From Candidatus Poribacteria bacterium (GTDB lineage Bacteria > Poribacteria > WGA-4E > PCPOR2b): 64,000 nt of DNA. Shown piece by piece: positions 49,789 through 59,113 of this stretch. The number at the start of each line of letters is the position of its first letter. The first letter of the stretch is position 1. The translations under genes were made by a program, and so were the position numbers. Below the pieces are notes generated by a model. The model saw only the letters and a program-made list of their open reading frames with translations, was not told where the DNA came from and did no database searches. The stretch spans positions 2,880,001-2,944,000 of the forward strand of contig OZ242351.1 in NCBI GenBank assembly GCA_965208675.1, in the 5' to 3' direction.

Positions 49789-50907
49789 ATGACCTTTTGG
49801 AAGAAGTCAAGACCGATTTACAGCAGTGATGAATCGAAGAACGCGGAGATGTTAGAGGTATACACATGTTGGATTAAAGGAGAGAAACTCTCTCGCAAGC
49901 AGAAACGACTGCTTAAATCCAACCAAGACGACACACTGGTAGGGAATTTGAAACCGCTAATCCATTTTGCCCACTACGGCTTTCGCGAAACAGAAAGTGT
50001 CTTACCGCGTCCTGGTGCAAAACAACGAATCGCTGGCGAGCTAACGCGGCGAATTAAAAACAATGCAACTGAAAACCTTCCCGCCGACATGCATTTGCAA
50101 CCGGCTTACAGTATGGATCCGGTTGGAAGTGATAGTGAACTCGCTCACCCGCCTGATGCCGGAAACCCTCCGACGCATCCCCAACAGCAGGTCGATCCCT
50201 CTGCTGAGACAGTAATAATCGAAAGAGAGGGTGAACCCGAAGGAATTACGCTTGCGCCAGTGGAGGGCAGTTGCAATCTGAAATTAAGGACAACCCAGAT
50301 TGATGGAATGGAACAGGAGTATAACATCGCCTTCAAAGAGGTAATCATTGGACGCAGCGTTGAGGCAACGATTCAGTTAAATACCAATGCAGCGGTTTCA
50401 CGCCGGCATGCGTTGCTCACAGCTTACGGCGATAATGTTTACATTACCGACCTTGGCAGCAGCAACGGCACCTACGTTAATGGCGTGCGCATATCTGAAC
50501 CGACTCGGCTTCAGGTCGAATCTACGATAACCATCGTTAAGCAATCGCTTGAAGTCTCCGAAATTCAGCGGGAGGAAGGCGCCCTCCGTCTCTCTTTGAC
50601 GGAATCCGAAGGCGAACATGTTGGACAGGTTTACACCGTCCATATCAAAGAGATTACTGTTGGGCGGGGTAGAGCCGCACGCCTCCGATTCTCCGATCCA
50701 GCCGGGACGCTTTCACGCCTGCATGCAAGATTCGAGTTGAAAAATGGAGATATATATATTACAGATCTCCACAGTACAAACGGCACCTATGTGGATGGCG
50801 TTCCCATAGAAGGTCCGACTGCGCTTCAAACGGGCGCAACCATTCAACTCGGCAGCGTTATCTGTTATGTAGTCGATATTGAACATGCACCGTTAGTTTC
50901 TGTTTGA
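49789..50907 (+). CDS. Tandem FHA-domain protein with putative anti-sigma-like N-terminus
   Basis: Two FHA domains (IIGRS..VSRRHA..DLGSSNGTYVNG; TVGRG..LSRLHA..DLHSTNGTYVDG), Pro-rich linker, no TM; GGAGGGG RBS. Confidence 0.85.
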   Translation: MTFWKKSRPIYSSDESKNAEMLEVYTCWIKGEKLSRKQKRLLKSNQDDTLVGNLKPLIHFAHYGFRETESVLPRPGAKQRIAGELTRRIKNNATENLPADMHLQPAYSMDPVGSDSELAHPPDAGNPPTHPQQQVDPSAETVIIEREGEPEGITLAPVEGSCNLKLRTTQIDGMEQEYNIAFKEVIIGRSVEATIQLNTNAAVSRRHALLTAYGDNVYITDLGSSNGTYVNGVRISEPTRLQVESTITIVKQSLEVSEIQREEGALRLSLTESEGEHVGQVYTVHIKEITVGRGRAARLRFSDPAGTLSRLHARFELKNGDIYITDLHSTNGTYVDGVPIEGPTALQTGATIQLGSVICYVVDIEHAPLVSV

Positions 50908-50919
50908 ATTCTTGAGTGT

Positions 50920-51999
50920 ATGAATCAGAGACAACTTGCGTTAGCCCATTTTAACCGTGCCGCAAAGTATTACCAAAAGGCTATTTATGTCCAGGCAATT
51001 CACCATTACCTTGCGGGCTTGAAAATTGATGCAACACGGGCTGAGATTTACGCAGACCTCGCAAAAGCGTATGAAATGCTGTGCTGCTGGGATCATGCGC
51101 TTAAATCGCTGGAAACTGCGCTGCGATTACGGCCGGGATTCACAACAGCCCTACGGCGGAAACAGCGGATTCTGGAAGAACAAGCGTTTTATGAAGCCAC
51201 GCAAAACCGGCTAGACGTTAATCCAGAACTCCCCGTCCAACATCTTTGGAGCGAAAACGCTACCGACAATACCATTGAAATCGAACACTCACGCTTCACA
51301 CTGACTTGTCCCGACACAACTCCCCAAAGTACGATTTCAGCCGTATGCCAACTAGCTGAACGAATCTACCACGAGGTTGGCGGGATGTTTCAGTGCTATC
51401 CCCGCCAACCAATTCCCATCACCATCGAAGATGCAAGTTTGCCCTCATATTCCACTCTCAATCGCACACTCCCGCCTTGGGCTGCCGCTCAATATAACGA
51501 CGGCATTCAACTCATCCACCGCCCCGGAAACGCTGGAACCGGGATTTTATCGACGTTGATTCGACACGAATGGGTTCATCTAACTGTTGATTTATTAACA
51601 CAAGGACAGTGTCCAAGATGGCTTGATGAAGGGCTTGCTCAAACGATTTCCCGTCCCCTTATGAATTATGAGCACGAATACCTAGAAGATGCAAGACAAA
51701 ATCAACAACTTTTGACAATGGATGTGCTGAAAAAACCATTTCACCAACTCGACTCTCGGAACCGCCGATTAGCATATCTTCAGTCAAGTGCGATAGTGGG
51801 ATATCTGGTAAATCAGTTTGGATTCGCCCGCGTCCGAGAAATTCTCAATCGTATCGGAAACGGAAGTGCCTCTGAAATCGCAATCCAAGAGACTTTGGGA
51901 AAAACACCGGATGAAATTGTAGCCTCGTGGCAATTGGAGAACAACGGGGCAAATCTTGAAACTCAGAGTAACCCTCGTACAGAGAATCCATTTGTATAA
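50920..51999 (+). CDS. TPR + peptidase MA-like (gluzincin) protein
   Basis: N-terminal TPRs; IRHEWVH, PRWLDEGLA, LAYLQS. Confidence 0.85.
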   Translation: MNQRQLALAHFNRAAKYYQKAIYVQAIHHYLAGLKIDATRAEIYADLAKAYEMLCCWDHALKSLETALRLRPGFTTALRRKQRILEEQAFYEATQNRLDVNPELPVQHLWSENATDNTIEIEHSRFTLTCPDTTPQSTISAVCQLAERIYHEVGGMFQCYPRQPIPITIEDASLPSYSTLNRTLPPWAAAQYNDGIQLIHRPGNAGTGILSTLIRHEWVHLTVDLLTQGQCPRWLDEGLAQTISRPLMNYEHEYLEDARQNQQLLTMDVLKKPFHQLDSRNRRLAYLQSSAIVGYLVNQFGFARVREILNRIGNGSASEIAIQETLGKTPDEIVASWQLENNGANLETQSNPRTENPFV

Positions 52000-52488
52000 A
52001 TGGAAACGCTTGATATCGTTATTGTAGTCCTTGCCGGTCTAGGAGGCTTGAATTGTCTTCGAGTTGGCTTTACACGCAGCGTATGGGGAATTGCTGCTAT
52101 CTCCATGGGTATATTTGTTGCGAGTCAACTGTGGCGTGAGCTTGCGTCAATCCTCCAAGCCGTAATTGAGCATGAGGGCATCTCGAAATGGGTGAGTGTC
52201 GTCGCTATTGCAGCCGTGGTCAGCCTAACGGCGGACAAGGTTTTTGAGCAAATTCAGAAAATCATCCGCCGAGGCGTTTTAGGATGGTTGGATAACATTG
52301 TCGGCGGCGTATTTGGAATCGCTGCCAGCGGCGTTATAATTGGATTGGCGCTCATATTGCTGAATCAACATGGCGGTGAAGGGTTTCAAGAGGCTATTGC
52401 AGCCTCCCGTTTCGCACCAACGCTTCTAGATGTTGCCCATCAAGTTTTTGATTTCGGAAAAGAGATAATTGAAAAACAAACTGGTTAA
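52000..52488 (+). CDS. CvpA (colicin V production) family membrane protein
   Basis: LDIVIV...G...GF, LGWLDNIVGGVFG, S.FAP; starts right after the previous stop. Confidence 0.85.
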   Translation: METLDIVIVVLAGLGGLNCLRVGFTRSVWGIAAISMGIFVASQLWRELASILQAVIEHEGISKWVSVVAIAAVVSLTADKVFEQIQKIIRRGVLGWLDNIVGGVFGIAASGVIIGLALILLNQHGGEGFQEAIAASRFAPTLLDVAHQVFDFGKEIIEKQTG

Positions 52489-52643
52489 AGCCGCCGCAAC
52501 AAAAATTGATTCAAATTAATCCAATCAAAAATGCGGGGAAACCCACATAATAGTAGCGGCTTCAAGACTATCGATCCCAATTCCCGGTCGCTGAATCCAT
52601 CAGTTCGGGTAATCCCTTCTCGCTAATCACATTTCACACTGAA

Positions 52644-53543
52644 ATGAAATCGTCCTTCCTTGAGTTTTTTCGGGTCTGTTCTTGTTGTCTCCTGCCATTA
52701 TTTTCTCCTCTAGCATATGCCCACTTTGATGCCGAAAATCTGCTCGCATTCGCAGATTCGCTTTTTCAAGAAGAAGATTATCGCAACTCCATTCATGAAT
52801 ATCAGCGCTACCTCTTCCTATATCCCAAAGGCGAAAAAAACGACCTCGTTCAATTTCGAATCGCGGCGGCTTATCAAAACACCGGCCAACTGCAAGTAGC
52901 AATAGAAGCTTACAACGAGTTGATCGCCATCTACCCGATGAGCCCATTGGCCCAGCGGGCAAAATCGAATGTCGCACAATGCCAACTGCTGCAAGGCAAG
53001 GAGTCCGATGCCATTGCGTCGTTGCGCCAGTTCGTATCAGATTCTCCAAATAGTGGGTTAGCTCCCCGTGCACAATTCATTATTGGCATGATCCACATGG
53101 AAAACAGGGACTGGTCAAGCGCTGCACAGGAGTGGAAACAGGTCAGTATCAGATTCGCCCAAACACCGTTCGGCGCGGCGAGTGATCGGCTTTCACGAAT
53201 CGTTCAACATCGTGAATCACTGCCCCGCCGTTCTCCAATAACAGCCGGACTGCTTTCAACGTTCGCTCCTGGGCTTGGACAGGCATATAGCGACCGTTCT
53301 TCCGACGGATTGCGCGCGTTGTTGGCAGTTGTTACCGTTGTCGGCGGCACCATATACTACGTTAACGAGGAACGCTATAGAATTGCGATTCCATTGGCGG
53401 CGATTGGGTGTTCTCTTCATCTGCGCAACATTTATGGCGCCGTACAATCCGCAAAAACCTTTAATCGACAACAGGAAAGTACATTTCTCAACCGACTCAG
53501 AACGCAGATTCACGAATCCAATCTATTCGGCGCTTCAGATTAA
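52644..53543 (+). CDS. Secreted TPR (BamD/YfiO-like repeats) protein with C-terminal hydrophobic segment
   Basis: Signal peptide, repeated Y....YP.S..A..A.F units, LPRRSP..AGLLS...PGLGQ.Y. Confidence 0.75.
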   Translation: MKSSFLEFFRVCSCCLLPLFSPLAYAHFDAENLLAFADSLFQEEDYRNSIHEYQRYLFLYPKGEKNDLVQFRIAAAYQNTGQLQVAIEAYNELIAIYPMSPLAQRAKSNVAQCQLLQGKESDAIASLRQFVSDSPNSGLAPRAQFIIGMIHMENRDWSSAAQEWKQVSIRFAQTPFGAASDRLSRIVQHRESLPRRSPITAGLLSTFAPGLGQAYSDRSSDGLRALLAVVTVVGGTIYYVNEERYRIAIPLAAIGCSLHLRNIYGAVQSAKTFNRQQESTFLNRLRTQIHESNLFGASD

Positions 53544-53928
53544 TAGTTTCCGGAGAAACACTGTTCGTGAAAAATCCTTCTCCCGACAGTCGAAGATTAA
53601 TCAATCGAATAGAATCTATTGAGCGAACAGCGGCGGATTAACCGAATAAGGATGGATCAATTGAGCGAATAGCGAAGGCGATAGTCTTCGTATAGCCTTT
53701 TCATACTCCTCACAAAACACCCTTGCCATGTCCGCTGTCTGTGAAAAAATGAATTAAATCCACACGCCGCGAATACAGTAACTATGCGGTCTACAACACT
53801 CCTGGTTGCCTAACGAAACAGAAAATACACCTGTCCGCTTTTGTCTCATTTTGAGGGTCGCCGGACGCCGAAACTGCCATTTAACGTATAAAAAAAACCG
53901 CTTTCTCAATCGGAGTGCCCGTTTTTCT

Positions 53929-54840
53929 ATGTTTTTTCTGCTCTTTACTCTCATGGTCATTATCTGTCAACAGGCTAAGGCAGAGCAAGACGATTCGTCT
54001 CTCCGATATGCCGACCACCTCTTCAATCACGGAAACTATGAATCATCACTGCTTGAATACAAGCGCTTCCTCTTTGACCATTCGGATACAGATGTGGATG
54101 ACTTTGTACGTTACCGTATCGCACAAGGTTACTTTTATCAAGGAAATAGCGCAAAGGTCCAGCAGATGTTCGAAGAACTAATGAAGACGGATCCGGATTC
54201 CCCGCTCAATCCTCACGCTCAACTGATGTTGGGAAAATCCTACCTTGACGCCGGAGAGTATACGAGTGCCCGTTCCAATTTTTCCAAGATTATTCATGCT
54301 GATACAGATGTTCAGCTATCGGCACAGGCACAATATCTAAAGAGTTGGTGTTTTGTTCATGAGTGGAATTGGATGAAGGGGATAGCGGAATTTCGAAAGG
54401 TCGGCAGGTTCCGGCCTGATACCTCCCTCAGTATGGTATCCAACCAGCTTGCAGATACGACGTTAGCCAATATTCCCTTGCCGCTCAAGTCGCCCGACAG
54501 CGCCCATTGGCTGTCCACTTTTTTTCCCGGATTCGGACAAATCTACGTAGGCCAACGCCGTAACGGACTCATCTCCGCCGCAGTCAATGCCGCGCTTATA
54601 TATCTAGCGGTTGACGCAACTCGTGACGAGCGGTATGTAGATGCGGTAGGGATTTCTCTATTAGGTTTGTGGCATAATTGGCGGGTTCGGTCCAGTGCGA
54701 AAGCCTTGGCGGGCGAACACAATCGCAAACTGGCAATGAATCTGATTTACGAATTAAAGAAAAAATCTACCGCTTTTAAGCCTATGAATTTCGAACTGCC
54801 GGAAGTTGAAGCTATAGCCCCCGCTTCACTGGTGCCATGA
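53929..54840 (+). CDS. Paralogous secreted TPR protein
   Basis: Same architecture (YADHLF, EYKRFLF, PLKSP..A..LS...PGFGQIY); start uncertain. Confidence 0.72.
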   Translation: MFFLLFTLMVIICQQAKAEQDDSSLRYADHLFNHGNYESSLLEYKRFLFDHSDTDVDDFVRYRIAQGYFYQGNSAKVQQMFEELMKTDPDSPLNPHAQLMLGKSYLDAGEYTSARSNFSKIIHADTDVQLSAQAQYLKSWCFVHEWNWMKGIAEFRKVGRFRPDTSLSMVSNQLADTTLANIPLPLKSPDSAHWLSTFFPGFGQIYVGQRRNGLISAAVNAALIYLAVDATRDERYVDAVGISLLGLWHNWRVRSSAKALAGEHNRKLAMNLIYELKKKSTAFKPMNFELPEVEAIAPASLVP

Positions 54841-56475
54841 GTGCTGACTGAGAATATCATCCTGGCCCAACTCATCGAACAGAGATGTGACATTGCTGCC
54901 GTCTGCATCCATAACCCAGATACCGAAGCTGCCGTTGCGGTCGCTGCTAAAAGCAATCTTCGTCCCGTCAGGAGACCAACACGGATAGCCATTGTAACTG
55001 TCCTCGCTGGTCAGGGTGGTTTGATCCCGTGAAAACAAATCTAATACACATATCGCAGCTTGGCTCAGAGAAACTTCTTTGGTAAACACCAACTTAGAAC
55101 CATCCGGACTCCAATCCGGGTGGAGTTCGGTGTCCAAGCCCTCCGTTAACCGTTCAACGCCGCCTTCAATTACCGACGCGATGACAACCGGTGCTTGGGG
55201 CGGTTGAAACTCCTCTTGCGCTGCACGAATTAATTCATGCTGTTTTGTCTCCGGTTCCGGCACTGGTACCGGCACCGGTGTTGGCTCCGGTTCTGGCTCC
55301 GGTTCCACTTCCGGTTCTGGCTCCGGTTCTGGTTTCGGTTCTACTTCTGGTGGGAGTGCCGCGTCAGCGGCAAGAAATGCTTCAATGTCCACCACAAAGA
55401 GATTTCTATCATAGGAATACGCAATCTGGGTGCTGTCAGGCGACCAAGTCGGTTTCGATTCTGCCTCGCAGAGGGAAAGTTGAATGCGATTTTCTCCGTT
55501 TGCATCCATGATGTAAATCGACGGTTTTCGAAGCGCCTTGGCATGAACGAAAGCAATGCGGTCCCCATCAGGTGACCAAGCCGGATGCCGATCATTAAAA
55601 TTGACGCCGCTGATTGACCTCGTATTGCCGCCGCGGCTATTCATTACATAGATTTGTGGTGGGGCACCGCCTTCTGAACGACTGAAGATAATTTGCCCGC
55701 CATTCGGTGACCAGCTAGGTTGGTCGTCGAAAAAGTGGGTAAGCGCTGTCTCGTTTGCACGGTTTGCGTTAATGACTGAAATCCCAAAAAAGTCCTCGCC
55801 GGCAACATCTCCCCGAGCGAAGACAATTTGCCCTGCCATTTGGCGTCGAATAGAAATTTTTTGTACCACATTTCTGTCGCCGATAGTGATACCCGGCATG
55901 TTTACTGTGTCATAACCCGGCTTTTCTGCCGTCAAATCGTATTGTCCATCGGAAACCGGGGCAATTATGTATTGTCCCGTAGCGTTCGTAACTGACGCAC
56001 GATCGCCCAATGTAACCAGGACATTTCGCACCGGATTGCCGTCGTTAGATATCACCTTGCCTTCAAACTTAACGCCGGGTTCAAGGCGGAAATCAACGGT
56101 TGCCGAATCTTTGCGAGTGACGCTCACTGCCGCTCGTTGTTCCAGATAACCAAGAGCTAAAATGCGCAGGTTATAGTCGCCGCTTTTGAGCGATTCAAAC
56201 CTAAAGATGCCATTAGCATCGGTAGTTGTAGTTGCGACCTCCTCAAAGATGGCTTTTTCGTCTGTAACGCTCTTCTTCGTAGACAACGTGACTGTCGCAT
56301 TTACAATTCCAGCATGGGTGACCAAATCTGTAACGGATCCTGAGATGACTCCCTCCGGCGATGACACTGTCCTCGGTCCGACATCCTCGGAATCGTCACC
56401 ACCGCAACCAACAAAAAACCCTAACAGCACAAAAACAAACAGACCAAGGTAAGAGTAACGGATTAATCTCTCCAT
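54826..56475 (-). CDS. Lipoprotein with carboxypeptidase-regulatory-like domains and TolB-like PD40 repeats
   Basis: Lipobox FFVGC, ISGSVTD / TDANGIFRF, repeated P.WSPDG, (PE)n insertion. Confidence 0.85.
   Translation of the reverse strand: MERLIRYSYLGLFVFVLLGFFVGCGGDDSEDVGPRTVSSPEGVISGSVTDLVTHAGIVNATVTLSTKKSVTDEKAIFEEVATTTTDANGIFRFESLKSGDYNLRILALGYLEQRAAVSVTRKDSATVDFRLEPGVKFEGKVISNDGNPVRNVLVTLGDRASVTNATGQYIIAPVSDGQYDLTAEKPGYDTVNMPGITIGDRNVVQKISIRRQMAGQIVFARGDVAGEDFFGISVINANRANETALTHFFDDQPSWSPNGGQIIFSRSEGGAPPQIYVMNSRGGNTRSISGVNFNDRHPAWSPDGDRIAFVHAKALRKPSIYIMDANGENRIQLSLCEAESKPTWSPDSTQIAYSYDRNLFVVDIEAFLAADAALPPEVEPKPEPEPEPEVEPEPEPEPTPVPVPVPEPETKQHELIRAAQEEFQPPQAPVVIASVIEGGVERLTEGLDTELHPDWSPDGSKLVFTKEVSLSQAAICVLDLFSRDQTTLTSEDSYNGYPCWSPDGTKIAFSSDRNGSFGIWVMDADGSNVTSLFDELGQDDILSQHSWHQ
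55250..55350 (-). repeat. 6-bp tandem repeat encoding a (Pro-Glu)/(Pro-Val) linker
   Basis: ccggtt/ctggct units translate as PEVEPKPEPEPEPEVEPEPEPEPTPVPVPVPEPE. Confidence 0.85.
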
Positions 56476-56632
56476 AATAATTCGTGGGTACGTTTATCCG
56501 TCAGCGACAGACAAACACTCCTGCTCCTCCTCTCTTAATTCACCTGCTGGCAAAAGCCTTCAATTCATCAATTCATCAATTCAACCCAGCGAACCAATTT
56601 ACTAGTCCTTGTTTCATTGTTTAAACAGAAAT

Positions 56633-58249
56633 CTACAATTTCTGCGCGGCATTTGGTGCATTCTTCCAAAAACCGTCGTCGGCCGAATCATTCAAAACCG
56701 TTTCGGGAATGTAGTTGCTGTAATCCGAAATATTCCCGTGCGTAATCGCATAGACGACAATGTTGATTAGTTGGCGCGCTGCGTGCGGCGCAAGTTCCAC
56801 TAAAATCTGATTCTTACTTTTAAACTTCCCATAGAAAGGCTTCTGAACTGCTCCATCGACCACATGCATCATCTGTTCGGTATCAACTAAAACGGCAAGG
56901 CGCCCGTCAATAGTGATACCCTGCAGTTCGGAATATGGTCCAAAGTGAAGGGGAATGCTATGACCGCCCGTTGAGGTAATTTTGCGCAACGGAAAACGCA
57001 AGGGGCCATTTAGCGAATAGTATGTGTTGTAAATCGGGTGATCATTGCGAACAATGCCGAGTTGATGTTCTGGCAGGAGGCTCCGAAGTACTTTCCTTGT
57101 GCCTCTCATTGCATTTTCCGCATTTCCATGCGTGGCCATATAGATGAATCCCCCACGATGCAGCACATACTCCCGCAGACTTTGAACTTCAGCGTCTGTA
57201 TACTCACTTAATCCACCCGGTCGCCTCGTGTTCCAAATTGGGTTGCTGTGAGAGTCGTACACTCGCCCCAGATATTCTGGGCCTATGTTTGACCCCCCGG
57301 GTATCGGCTCCATGAATATAATTGGTGCCTTAAAGAACCCGGCATCGTTCATTCCGACCGCATCGACAAACTGTGTTTTTATCTTAGTTTTTTCATTTAG
57401 CGATTGCACTAGATAGGACAGACCTGCCCCAAATCGGAAATTGCCGACACCGCTGCCTCATATGTCCGCACTAGGGTGTAGCGGATCTTCAAAACGCGCC
57501 AAGTTTAATCGCCCCATTATATTTCGTCCGCGCCCCACCACGATTGCACCGGGAGTACCATGGGGGAGCTCAGGCACGCCGCCTCCCAATGCTACCTTGT
57601 CAGCGACATCGGAAAGCGCGTCGTCAATGTTGGCAGCACCTTCGGCACCAATCAACGAAGTCAGTCCAATACGGCCGCTTTCCCTGGTCCCATCCACATT
57701 GCTTCCTGAACTGGCAACTCTATGTCCGTCACCGTAACCGCCGCCTACCCCTTCCGAGAGCGAACCGCCTCCGCTCATCCCCGACGTTAGCGGGGCATTT
57801 GAATGAAGCGGAAGATCGACAGCAGTAGCAAGAGGTTGGGCCGGATGTCGATTGACACGAGAAGACTGTACGAGTCCCTCGACAGATATTTCGGCGCGTT
57901 CAGATTGCGGGGTAGATTGAGAAACTAGGGAATCCACCGCCGGGGCCTTCGCCGCATATACGGAGGCAGATCGCCCCGGATGGGTCGTCAGAACCCGGGA
58001 CTGCGACGACGCTATTTGTCGTTCGATTTGAATGTCAGGCATAGGTATTATTGGCGCGGCAATAGGTGTTTTGACATACGGTAATTTCTCTACGGGCTTT
58101 ATGGGTTTCACTTTAAAAATGCTCACATTTAAAGCATCAACTTCTCTCGAATTGATTTGGTTGACGGCGATTAAACTGAAGACTATCGCGAGACATAGAT
58201 GTACCACTAGAGACATTAACCAGAAGCGGTACTTGTAACGAGATTTCAT
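56633..58249 (-). CDS. Membrane-anchored protein with DUF4159-like C-terminal domain, containing an in-frame TGA at 57458-57460
   Basis: AAGGAGG RBS before MKSRY; TonB-like anchor SLVVH; ORFs 57458..58282 and 56633..57409 are in one frame separated only by TGA; LREYVLHRGGFIY, DHPIY..YY, L.GITIDGRLAV, NIVVYA are DUF4159-like. Confidence 0.75.
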
Positions 58250-58375
58250 CGGTGTAACCTCCTTATGCGAATAATTCGGCATGTCTTGCCGTACCGGGAA
58301 GAGAAAGCGGCACCGTAGTCAGCATATAACCGATTCTCCAATTAGTCTTTACGCTGTGTTTGCTTCTCAATATAT

Positions 58376-58391
58376 AGCAAGTATGATGCCA
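58376..58391 (-). promoter_or_regulatory. Sigma54-type -24/-12 promoter
   Basis: Minus strand TGGCATCATACTTGCT fits TGGCAC-N5-TTGCW with exact GG-N10-GC spacing, 126 nt upstream of the 58249 ATG. Confidence 0.65.
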
Positions 58392-58785
58392 GTTCTGAAT
58401 GCTTTAACAATGAAGCCGGTTAGGGATTGTTGCCCGATTAACTGTTCAATATATGGTCGGGTATGGTCGGGATTGTCCGAAAAACGTGCAATGATAGTGC
58501 GGCGGCATAAATGGAAAATGCGCTAGGGTGTAACTTCGTTGTGTGAGAGGTTGTTCGTGCGAGAAAAGGCGCATATCTTTTTCCGAAAAAAGGCGCGCTT
58601 TCCCGATCGCTATTGTGACACCAACATCAGTCCAAAAAATGTATTTTCATAACTGTATCATTTTTGCCACACTACCCCTTTCAATCCCAAATAGCCCTCA
58701 CCGTAGCTCGGCCTTGCACCAAACGGTGCATATTGAACGAATCCTTGCCCTGTTTTGTGCACTCATTGGACGAAACCAATCTCTT

Positions 58786-58933
58786 TAGGACTTACGCAGT
58801 TGAATGATGAGGTGTGGTAATTCGTGCTTCATCACGAATACGGGGCAAGATGCCCCGCCTACAATGGTGTAGAGTCGGACAATGCCATTTGACGACTTAC
58901 GAATCGGGAAACTTGAATCTGAAGTGCGTAAGT
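58786..58933. repeat. ~150-bp MITE-like repeat (TAGGACTTACGCA...TGCGTAAGT ends), copy 1
   Basis: Direct-repeat homolog at 61453-61603; inverted ends; internal REP unit. Confidence 0.8.
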
Positions 58934-58937
58934 TTTT

Positions 58938-59113
58938 GTAGGTTGGGTTAAGCGGATTAAATGAAAGACGCGAAAAATGTCCAATGGATATCGGTATTTG
59001 AATGTGTGCTGAAATTGTTAAGGTGTAGCGAACCCAACGCTTTTGGGTATTGCGGAACTTTTGGTTTATCGGAAGCGATACGGATAAAACTATCGCCTTC
59101 GCTATTCGCTCAG
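58938..59113. repeat. Half copy of the GTAGGTTGGGTT element
   Basis: Reverse-complement homology with ~35150-35326; its end matches ~53661-53690. Confidence 0.7.

Noticed and set aside
54826-54840. 15-nt overlap of convergent genes
   Set aside because: Short 3' overlaps are common and need no special explanation.
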